From Hydrolagus colliei (Eukaryota): DNA of 64,000 nucleotides. The stretch covers positions 806,001-870,000 of the forward strand of contig CM068748.1 in assembly GCA_035084275.1 (NCBI GenBank). The letters are read 5' to 3'. The notes beneath the pieces were generated by a model that saw only the letters and a list, made by a program, of their open reading frames with translations, was not told the DNA's origin and ran no database searches. Below, in pieces: positions 24,147 to 35,305 of this stretch. Position numbers and translations under genes: made by a program. Positions within the stretch are counted from its first letter, which is position 1. Every line of letters starts with the position of its first letter.

Positions 24147-26409
24147 CGCGATGTGGTTATTCATTTATTTTCCAAATAAAAATCAGAATTTCATTACGTC
24201 ATCAAACTCAATACATTTGCTACAATTTGAAAGATTCACTTAAATATAAAACCAATTAACGGTCAGAAGTAAATTTTTTTTTAAATTGACTCAATAAATA
24301 GAGCCTTTCACATTTGTGAAAAGGTCTCCACATCCCTCAATCTCAATGAATTTATTCTCTCTATAACATACTCTACTAGCTACAGTGTTTAGCTTGGTTT
24401 TTCTACCGCAACATAAATCATATTACTGTAGCATTAGTCGACTATGCCATATCCCAGCAAATTTGGTGTCAATCTTCTCTTATTATCTAGGTATTTGCAT
24501 ACTTCAAGTTTTATTGGCTGTCGAAAAGTAGTGCCAAAACACACATGCAGCAGCCACCACCCAGCAAGTAATTTACACTATTTTTTGTTAATAAATGTAA
24601 GCTTTCATTTGTACAATACCTTTCACGCAAAAGAAACTATCAAAGTCCTTTAAATATAAAATATTATTTGGTATACATTAGGAATGGTTAGGAGTGAAAC
24701 ACAAGGTATTAATGGTTTTGATGATAGCATGGATTCAACAGCTACATTAATCCCGGTGGCTAAACAGCTTTATCTGCAGGATAGTTAGCTTGCTGTGTAA
24801 TACATTGAACACATTATTTTTCTGTGACTCAATTCTCACCCTATATTCATTGAAGGTTGTGAAATACCAATTCCAAAATCGTGGAGGGAGCTACACAGAA
24901 AAACAGCGATAGAAATACAAAAACTTAATGGAAAAAGTTCCAAACGAGATGGGGGATTGTGTCAAAATGGACGAAGAAGTTGCCTTCGACCCATTTGATT
25001 CCTTCCTTTCAGAATACGAACCTCACATTAAACAGTTTTTTAAAAAAAAAACGAGTCCAACATCTTGGCCTCAACCACCTTTCCCGCTGATCTGTTTCAA
25101 TCATTAATAATCGTTGGGTAATGAAATGCTTCCTGGTGTCAGTCGTGAAACTACTGTACTGTGTTCAACATGTTGCCCCCGAAACAAGGAGTGACGCAAA
25201 ACAATGAATCACATTGTGGAGTCATTTTGTGAATCTTTTAAGATTTTATTGCTTGGTGGCTGCACAAATCTACTTCACAGCAAAACAAAACCTTGCAACG
25301 ATGTTAGAGGAGGAAGTCAAAATGGTGGCCTTCATTCCCCGTTTGCATCCAAATATTTCATATGAACCTGCAGGCATTTGATGGCCTTTTGTCCCCCCAT
25401 TTTGGTCGTGAACACAAACAATGGCATTAATAAATATTTCCAAGTTTCACACCAGTGATAGTATTTTTTTCTTCATCAACTGTTGTCTCTTTCTCACTGG
25501 ATCAACGATCCTTCCCATAAATGGTCCCTCTTTCAGTCCCCACACACAAAACATAATTGCCAATAATTTTACAATTGAAATGGCAATAAGAAAATTTGAA
25601 AGTAGAAAGCCGTTACAGATCACAATGATTACATTAGAGCAATAACAATTCAGAATTGTCAAATTCATCCCTATATATGTATAGCAAATCGATCACACAT
25701 TTGTAAATTGTCACTTCAACTGAATGAAATTATGGAATGAGTAGCAAATTTGAATTTGCTTCGTCTATTTTTCTCCCCCAAATTTGAACCAATTATCGAT
25801 TGTTTGCAGCCGACTTTCGGAAGAGAACATGGGGGGACCTTGTGGAGAAAGTCGTTGCTCGGATTTGCTGACAGAAATAAGGCGCTTATAACACCTGAAA
25901 TACATCGACTGACCCTAGCAAATGGCTTTGAGGCAGCTGTTCGGAAACATTCCTGTTTCTGACCTCGACACTTTGACAAAAGTCCTTTCTTACACTGCAA
26001 CGCCATTGTTTACAATGGAACAATATGATTCACAGTTCTACATTTTAGCCTTTGGACACCTTCGCACAAGTCATCAAACACGTTATCGTGAAATGAGTAG
26101 TGTAGCTAGTTGAGGATACCAAAATGCCAAGTACAGTATTACAGCAACTCTTTGAATGCTCCATCAGTATGAAGTACGTTGTTACACAAAGATGTGTAAC
26201 AATAACATTTTCCAAAGAAAATCAACTTTGGATCAGTCATTTTTCTTTTTTCCACCCAAAAAGGTTTTATTCTCCTTCTACAAGGCTTCATCGGCTTTGG
26301 TGACAATTGCAGAGTAATGCTCTGCTTCAAACGTCAATCATTCAATCCCTGAAAATCCAAGCTGCTGAGAAGCCGTGTTATTTCTCTTAGTTAGTGGTGA
26401 GTGTGGAGG

Positions 26410-26708
26410 CAATAATAATCCTCGCATTTGACATTGCGCCACATCACATCTTCGAGACATCTCACAGCGCTTCACAGAAGCGCGGCAGCCAACTGGATTG
26501 AAGTGACCAAATTCTTCTTATTGTTATTATTTTGAAGGAATTACTAATGCTGTAAAAGCTCCAATCTGCCAATCGACTAACAACGGGTTCCTACTTACAG
26601 CGGCTTGTGGAGTAAGGAAACCCGCTCAAGGTTTCGCCCTGACTGGGAATTGAACCCAGGTCTCGCGCTTATGAGGCATGTGCTCTAAGCACTGAGCAAC
26701 AGGACTCC
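26410..26708 (-). mobile_element. Older SINE subfamily copy with a tRNA-like head and internal deletions
   Basis: Tail at 26410-26480, the gggttcctacttac segment, and head gggaattgaacccagg...actgagcaacaggactcc. Confidence 0.82.
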
Positions 26709-26943
26709 TCTGCAATGGTAACAATACCAGCCAATGATGACATTTCTTTCTCAATATCAAAATGTCCCCATTATTTAGATGAAGTACTCCATCAAATTAA
26801 TGTTATCCATTTTTCTTGATATGATTGACTGCCCTCTCCTTACCTATTACCCAAAACAGCCAATATTACCTTACACCTGCCTTTCTCTCAGTACACATAC
26901 CTTTGAATTTTCTCTCATTTCTCCTTACTTCTCTCATTACCAC

Positions 26944-26995
26944 TGTCCTCCCGACGTGAAAGGCGCTATAGAAATGTAATGTTGTTGTAGTTGTT
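26944..26995 (+). mobile_element. L2 3'-terminal fragment
   Basis: tgtcctcccgacgtgaaaggcgctatagaaatgtaatgttgttg. Confidence 0.72.
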
Positions 26996-28042
26996 ACTTT
27001 GCTTGGCAATCTCGAACTCAGGTTTCCCCAACCCCAAAAGTCTCGATCAGTTCTTTCTTTCTCTCTCCTGTTTGTTTCTCTGTATGAATGTCACTTATTC
27101 TCCTTTTCTTTCCACTCCCAATAATTTTTCTCCTGATCCTGGCCTCGCTACATTTCTCTCTTGTTTATCTCGCCACAGGATCCTCCTCTGAAGCATCTTG
27201 CTCACGCTGGCGCCATTGTTGAGTAAAAATGCTGCAGAACCACTCCGAGTGATTTCGTGAATTAGCTCATTTTTATCTTCCTCGCACAACAATAAATAAA
27301 TGGAGCGCACATTAAATGCTGTTCATGCTAATTACTGCCGTAAATACTTTTAAATAGTTCAAACTGATAATCTATAATTACTTGGACAGACGGTTTCCCT
27401 AACGTAAAACACTCCATAACATCGGACTATGTAATCCATAAAGTCCAGATGTGTAGTCCAAAATCAGTCAGTAATTTATTCCTGCATTTAACTAGCAGCA
27501 CTGCTTATCGCGTCAAAAATATGTTATTCTAACAGGCAGCATAAAGGTTTCTTCCGTGGAAAGAATTCAACCGCGGAATTAAAAGAATACATTTCCGCAA
27601 TGTAAACAGCGGTAATTTGTGTGTTTTTTTGGGCGGAAAGATTAGTTCCTAAAGAACCATGTCATTCAAACTTTGCAATACATATTTTAGATGGGGAAAA
27701 ATAGTGTGAATTTCCTTTTTTTGCAAATGCTGTTTATGTGTAAGCTTTCATTTCAGTGTGGTTAACTTTACCAAATGTCAAGAGAGTAATTATATTCTGA
27801 CTGAGTGTTATTCAGTCTCTTTTAAAAAATATATTTTTAAACCTCAAGAATTGTTTCAGCAGATGTCATGCTTTCAAGTTTAAGGAGATGAGCACAAATA
27901 AACTCCCAATCGCCTCTCCAATGTGTAAACCACATCTATAGCTGCTGTCTTTTTCCCTCCTTTGAAGTGCACCAAAAATGTCATGTGTCGTGAATACCAC
28001 TGTGCATAAGCCAGACAATTTGCTCACTCTCAAAATCCTTAC

Positions 28043-28127
28043 CAGTTTCAACAGTTATTTGGTATCCAGCCTCTAGTCTCCGCGATGACCTTTCCAAGCG
28101 TTCCGTATTATCCAGCAGCAAAGCTCT
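28043..28127 (-). CDS. VTI1A: VTI1A internal coding exon (orthologous to human exon 5), 85 nt, phase 0/1: RALLLDNTERLERSSRRLEAGYQITVET-(G); start of the Qb-SNARE motif
   Basis: The minus strand reads aattttgtttcag|AGAGCT...GAAACTG|gtaagg. The translation matches human RAHLLDNTERLERSSRRLEAGYQIAVET. Confidence 0.97.
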
Positions 28128-30765
28128 CTGAAACAAAATTGACGATGATTATTACACACAATACTTAAGTGCTAGATTATAATTGCACATAATTTAATAT
28201 GGAAGGAACCGTACACAAGAAAAATAGCATAAAAGCCACATTTTTAAGTTGGAATATTCACTTGTGTCATTTTTGTTTTGCAAAATAGAGCTAGGTTGAG
28301 CTCACAGAATAACTAAAACCTACTTTTTTGTACTAATTTCTTCACAAATGACTAATTGTCTGATTGGAATGACAAGCAGTTTCCAGGTTAGGTTCAGTAA
28401 ATTGAGAGAGATTCTATGGATGTGGTAGCACTGAGCATGTATCATTTAAAGCATTTTTTTCTCTCACACAATATTTCGAGCAAGACACAAAAATTCTAAA
28501 GGGTGAACTCAGGAAGCAATGTTGATGGTTTCAAGGCTCACGTAAATGAAAACCGTGCCTCTCTATTGCATCGAGACTCTTGTGAATTGAGTCGGAATAA
28601 ACCAGTAAACAGAAGTAATTCCCATTCAGTGCCAGTTTTCTGAAAATGTTGCCAGTCTGAATTCATTACTCTTTCTGTGTTCAACTGAATGGAATCGGAC
28701 TCTTTCAGCAATTACGAAGAACCACCTTGAATGTTTACATACAAATTGGTTTACTTGGTATCCTGTAACTCCTATCTGAACTCTATTTTGTACTGTACCA
28801 TATTTACAAGGTTTGAACCATTTGGAAATATTTAATGATTACATTTGCCGAAAATAATATACTGTATTGGCAAAGTAATCAGTTTTACTGACTGCAAAAC
28901 CAATCTAGTTTTCAGAAATAAAAGCTACTTGCAATATCCTTCTATATAGGAAACAAACTATAATAGACAATAGACACACTCATTATGACAAAATTAACAC
29001 GGCATTTAGATTGATTAAATTATATTGATTATTAGAAATAAATTGCATAGTGTGAGAACAATCATACTTGGTCTTGATCTTTAATAGTTTTTGCTTGTAA
29101 TTTTCTAAAGTGTCTTATTATGGCAATGCTGTAGAATTTCGCTCGGGATTTTATGCTCATTACAGGAAAAATATGGAGTGCTTTGTGAATGCTAGGAGTC
29201 TTATTTAAACTGATGTTCTGTGGAATAATTAGGCTCCAATACTGTGCCACACAAGTTGAAATAAATAGCTGTATAATAAGATAAGCAGAATTTTAGATAG
29301 GCACAGCTACACCACAATTATCATATCTTATATACAAAACATCTGTACGATTTTATTGTCATTGTTACTGTCATCATTAAGATACATGGCCTTTTTAAGG
29401 CCATTCTGGGAATGGAGAAGCTTTTAATCAGTGGATATTTTCCTTGACTTTAGAGCATCATGTTGGCGTTTGAATATTGAAATAGATGCTTATTTTCTCC
29501 AGAAAAAACATCAAACACAGCTTATAATGTGTATTTTAGTTAATGCTTTTCAAACTAAATCTATAAATTACAACAGTTTGAGTGGATCACTTTAAAAATA
29601 CGCAGACCGATATATACACATTTAAATAAACAAATGTATTGAAGTGGATCAATTCAGGAGGTTTTTTTTTAAGCATTCAAATAAAGCTTGTTTTTGTTCT
29701 TTTCAGACCTTTCTAACTCAATCACAGTGGAATGAAACTTCTGGCTTGTGTTAATCTTAAATGTTTTAATTTTAATAATTAGAAAGAAAGAAAGGTTTTT
29801 GAAAAGGCTTCTATAGCACAAAAAGAAAAGGGAAAAACAAAGATTTTCACGTAAAGGACAGGATCTCACTTGCGATGTTGTTTCCTACCACTTTACGCCC
29901 ATCAACTCTTTTCTTTAGAGAATTTTAATCCTACTTTCTTTCAGGGGGGAAAAAAAAAGACTAGACCCTGGTTTGTCATCCCAGTTCTATTCATGCTGTC
30001 AAAAGGCATACGAACTAATCACATGGAAAAAACGAGAGGGGCTACCACATTTCAAGACCATTTTTGAGTTTGACAGTCAGAAAGCTTCACCAAGAACTTT
30101 CCTCGCTGACAGATGTCACTTAAAATTGGAGAAATACTTTCTAATAAAAATGGTGCCATATGAACAATCTGAATCATGTCCATAGAAGTGAGTTGCCTTG
30201 CTCTAATGAGCCCCTATGGATCTCCCTGATGCAGCTGTATTGACATGCTCACTTAAGCTAATACACCTAGACCAAGATGCCTTGGTGCCTTGAGCACTGA
30301 CAGTCTGGGATACTGACAGTGTATCTTGCTTCAATCTTCAAAGGAGAAGTGATTAGAATGTTATCATTACCATTCGAAACGTGATTTTCCTATTCCCTCT
30401 TGGCAGAGGTGACATATCTGTGAGATGTGGCCAGCAGATCGCAGCAGCTAAAGCCACTTCAAAGCTTCCCTTGAAATTTTTTTCGAAATCATTAGAACAA
30501 TGTGTTCAGATCAACGCAGATAGGACCTGATGTGAAGGTCAGACACATTGCAATAACAATCTATACTAATTAATCTACCTCTTCAAATATGGAGTACGCT
30601 TGTTTGGGATAAATTATACTGATTACATTACATAACACAAAAACAATTTTAGAAAAAAACAGCAAGGTTTCCAACATGGTTCTCAAAAAAATTAACAGTT
30701 GACAGAAAACAACGATATTTCCCAAGCACACACAGATACCTAACAACAAACAAGAATGCACTCAC

Positions 30766-30786
30766 CTCTTCACGCAATTTTATCAA
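30766..30786 (-). CDS. VTI1A: VTI1A 21-nt alternative microexon LIKLREE (vti1a-beta brain/synaptic-vesicle isoform insert)
   Basis: The minus strand reads tttctttcctttttatctttctgtgcgttcacag|TTG ATA AAA TTG CGT GAA GAG|gtgagt. It is frame-preserving, lies between exons 4 and 5, and encodes the same 7-aa peptide as the mammalian vti1a-beta insert. Confidence 0.95.
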
Positions 30787-32897
30787 CTGTGAACGCACAG
30801 AAAGATAAAAAGGAAAGAAATGGCAGGGATGAAACATCTGTCATACAGCAGGGTAGAACATTAACTATGACAATTTATCTGTTTACGTACTTAGTATTAA
30901 GAAATCATAGAAGAGTTCCTTTAAAGAACCTAAAAAGGCTCACGCAAAGAGAATTTTCAGAAGCATATTTTGAAAGAACAAAGATTAGTTCTTCCTTTGT
31001 CAACACAGATGGTTACAATCATTTTTCTCTTGTTTAGTGCACAAGAGCTATGTTTGTCGCATGCTTCAAAGAAAGAGGGGGGCTTTACAGCAAAGATCTT
31101 TTTAAGAGACGTAAAATGTGTACAGTATCATTTCAAATCGTTGAAGTAGAGATGGCATTGTCATCGTCCATTTAACAGCTGCGATTAAAGACAAAGCGAA
31201 GCAGGCGTAACTGTGGGTCCAATATACACATTCAGAACATACACAACACTGACAAGACTGACTGCATTGATTTACGCACAGATGTGGATTTTAATTGATT
31301 ATAAACAAACTTGTGGTAAAAAGGGACACTTTTAAAAAAAAACATTCTGAAACCAACAGTGTGGGGGGAAAAGTGGACCATACAACATGCAACAGAGAGG
31401 TGGAAGGATGCAGAATTCTGAATCTTTTTGAGCTGAAAATTGAAAGCACTGCAGCGGCGAAGGATAAATAAAGTACTTTTACTTCATAGGAGAACGTTAC
31501 AAAATACCTAACAAAAATAACAGAACTGCTGGCACTTACTTAAAAAGGAAAATCTACTTTTCCAATGATACCACTGACAAATGTTTTGAGGTTAGGAAGA
31601 TGGTGCGAGCTTTTTCGGGTCACCACCTCAAATTGACCAGAATACTTAACGGGCCAAAGTGCAAAACTACGCACAAGATGTGACCTATCCTCTCCAGTCA
31701 TATCCATGAGAGGTACTATGAGGCGATGGCCAGTTGTTTTACAATAGAATCTTAACAAAATGTGTTCTATCTTGTTTGTGCTGCCTGGCTGATTTTAAAG
31801 CTTCTCCATGGATTTGAGGGCGGCTTTAGTTTAGTTTATTTTCTGCCACGCTGAGGTACGTATTAATGCGTATTAACGGGGGGGGGGGGGGGAAAGTGCT
31901 ATTCAGATAGATAACAAGAGAATATACTGAAAGTTGCATTTAGTGGGCAATTGGACAATTGCGTTTTGCATTTTCTTCATTATCATCGTCATTAAGGACG
32001 GAGTTCTGCCGTTTCGGGTTATGATAATCGCAGGATTTTCAAACAAAGATTTTCAATATGGGTATTCGATACGAGTGGTAATCTGTTCTTTGTAACCTGA
32101 AAAATCTGGTGCGCGCTGGTTTGAACCAGCAGAATCTCTAGTGGCCAGACTGCTGCTGTGACTGAAATCGAAACTGCGCCGCAGTGTGTGAGATCCACGT
32201 GACACGCAAAACTACAGAATTATGAAAAGCGATAACGCCAATTCCTTCTCTGTCCGCATACAGATAACGAATAAATGCTGAACTCTATTAAATGTCCTTT
32301 ACACATTATCGCTAGGTGAACACGCAATTTTCAGAACTCATAAAGGTTCTCCATTCATTTCGTTATAAATCCTCGCCATGTAACTAACAGATTTGTTGCT
32401 CATAATGATCTGCTCTGCCAGGGCTATATGAGATGATATTGACCTCTTTCAGATCTTTGGGAATTAAATTGACCAGTGCAAACCTCTGTGCTAAAACTGC
32501 AGTTTGGTGTATTCCGTGCACGGTAAGCCCTGTAGCATTATCGCTGGAGCTCACTACTTCACAAGTTTCGGCCGTATTACTTGCATTAACAAAATAAACA
32601 AAAACTTAGAAGCAAAGTTGGACATCTTGCAGATTTTGTCCTAAGCTCGAAATTTGCCAGCCGAATATGAAAAAAGAATCTCCCCGATAGGGTTCTGCCC
32701 GCGGTCTTTGTACAATGATTAAAACCTAAACGGTTTTTAAATCGGAGGTTTTGTTGTTGCTTAGCTTTGCATTAAACAATGTATTTCCACTTGAGTTGCT
32801 GTTAATGCTGTTACTGAGCAGCTTGAGAAGACCTACTAGTGTCTGACCTTCATCACCCTCGAGCCACCCACAAGGGTATGCTGATTAGTGGCCATAC

Positions 32898-32981
32898 CTG
32901 GTTCTCGGAGGTATTCCCATCATCCCCCAGGAGCTCATTTCGAAGGTTTACCTCATCACTGTAGGCGATTCGTGACCTTTT
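32898..32981 (-). CDS. VTI1A: VTI1A internal coding exon (orthologous to human exon 4), 84 nt, phase 0/0: KRSRIAYSDEVNLRNELLGDDGNTSENQ
   Basis: The minus strand reads ttttttttccctttcgtttacag|AAAAGG...AACCAG|gtatgg, a strong polypyrimidine acceptor and GT donor. The translation matches human VTI1A KRSRIAYSDEVRNELLGDDGNSSENQ as recalled, with a 2-aa insertion (NL). Confidence 0.97.
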
Positions 32982-35236
32982 CTGTAAACGAAAGGGAAAA
33001 AAAAAGAGCAAAACTTGTGTTAGAAAGTAGGACTTACAAAATTAGTAGAAGTGTAGTCTTCATACAGCGGCAGAGCCCCCTGATGGATTGCCTCCACCGC
33101 ACAGATCTACTGTGGCAGTTTACTGTTCAGTGGTGAGATTCACGTTTGGACAAGTGCCTCAGTCAGTACAATGGAGGGAAAGGACTTGCCAGCAAAGATA
33201 TTGCTGTCTCTCATTTAACAAAGTTGGCTACAGTCTGCTGATTTTTTCACACAACTTCATAGTTTGAAGGGGGCGCGGGCGGGGGGTCGTGGAGAGAGAT
33301 GAATATTAGACCTCCACATGTCCCAATCTTGTGGTTTTCAAACAGTACGTAGAAGAATTGATTAAGGAAAGCAGTTTGTTTGTTTTCCTTTCCTGAAACC
33401 TTCCCAAAGTATGAACATTTAAAATACCTCAAGTTAAAAAAAAATGGGCTACGGAAATTATTAACTTTTGTAGAACTTTAAATGTTAACAAAACTATCAT
33501 CATGTAATCAACTAAATCAACTCGAGTATTTGTGTAAAGTTTCATTTTGTTCCACAATTGTATATGAAATTCATTTTACAATGATTTCAACAAGGCTCTA
33601 CTCGTTCAAAATACTGCATAAAATGTTTGATCCGATTAACTATTGTGGTGATTTAAGTTCTAATGTCTCACCGCAAGTAAAATCTATTCAAAAAATATAT
33701 TGCAGTCAAGTTCTTGTTGCATGCACAATGCATTTGCAGTGTACTACGGTCAACAATCCTCCGCACGCTGCACAAGTTATTTTTCCAAAGAATTTTAATG
33801 AAACAGCTTATCAAATATAATGTGTGGAAATTGACCGGTTCTACGTTTTAATTACAGTATATTATCCCGAGATATGTTTTGAAGGAACCAACACCCTCTT
33901 CTAAATTGAAAAGCAAAATTGGCAAAGGTCAAAACGCTGATCAATGAAAAATAAATCATACTATACACCAGAACAGTTTTCATACTCTAAAGCAAATAAT
34001 CTTCAGTCATTATAAGGCCCAAGACCACTATGAAAACCCATTAGTAAACATTTCAGATTTCCACTGCTTGCTAAGTTAGTTGATTATTGCGCAAGTCCAA
34101 GTCAGAAGTTTGTGGGATAAATACTTGTTTCGATCCAGAACTTTGTGGTGTCCTACATTCCCATATTTACAGTATTGTCATAATTGGTAACCATGACAAT
34201 CACAAATAGTGTTTGGTCTCTTGTGAAATTGGACACAATGAATAAAAATATATATTTGTGAATGTTCTGAAAAGGCATAATTAAATCTACATTCATTTGA
34301 ATCAAAATTCAACATACATTTCTAATATAAATAGAACAATTGACAATGCACCGAAGAGGTTACAAAATGGGTAACAGGGTAATATTGACGACGAACTGGC
34401 AACTTAATTACGCATTGGAATAAAGTGGATATTGAACTCTTCCATTGTCTTTCTGGGTTTATAAATCACAGGCTGCAAATAAAAACATCAAGCTTTTGGG
34501 GGCCTTTCTCACAGCGACTATTAATAGCAAAGCACTCTTTAATACTTCCCTTGATATCATGTGAGGAAAGCAAGGAAGGAAGTGTTGGACTGCAGTGAAA
34601 AGAGAAACAGCAGCCTGTGGTGAGAGCTGAGGCCTGGCAGGGGAGTCTTACAAGAGTTGCAATGTGGGCAGTCTGAAGCACAGTTTGATAGGAGCCACGC
34701 TTAGTTTTTAATTGGGAAATCATTTCTGCTTTTCACCTGCCATTTGTGCCAGTGAGACATTAAATCTTCATAGAGGGAATTGGGATTTTTTTTAAGATAT
34801 AAAAAAAAGAGCTGGGATGGCTTGCTGCCTCTCGTGGCTGCAGCTGTGAAACTCTTCTGAGCTTGAAGTGGCAGCTTGACCATACAGATGCCAATAGGTA
34901 AGAGTAACGACAGTGAGACAGGGTAGCAGATTTATCACAAACGTCCCCAGAAGAGGTGCAAGTCACATTTTTTTTCTATTTTTACAGGTTTTTAAATAAA
35001 GAATATCACGTATCTGCAGGAAAGAGAGAGAAGCAAGACTTGAGCTAAATTGGAAATGACTTTTTTTTAACGTAGCAGAATGTTCCACATTAGTTCCATT
35101 CATAATGTGGACAAACATGCCTCAGTCACGTAAAATATACAAACATTTCCACCTGCGGAGATAGGGAAGGGGGGGAAATCAATGCTTACATCAACCCTTG
35201 ATTGTACAAGCTTAAAATTCTGCTTAAATTTATATT

Positions 35237-35305
35237 TTGTGAAGCACTTTGAGATGTCAAGATGTGAAAAACGCGGTATCAAATGCAACGATTATTATTA
35301 TTATT
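35237..35305 (+). mobile_element. SINE 3' tail only
   Basis: tgtgaagcactttgagatgtc...atcaaatgcaacgattattattatt. Confidence 0.82.

Larger units (their letters stand above)
1..28042 (-). other. VTI1A: VTI1A intron downstream of exon 5, continuing beyond the left edge
   Basis: There is a GT donor at 28042. No sequence encoding the next exon (EQIGQEMLENL...) was found by eye in 1-28042. Confidence 0.75.

Noticed and set aside
30649-30837. 62-aa ORF containing LIKLREE as a standalone gene
   Set aside because: Only 21 nt are exonic. The rest is translated polypyrimidine tract and intron.
32888-33136. 82-aa plus-strand ORF
   Set aside because: It is the antisense shadow of VTI1A exon 4.
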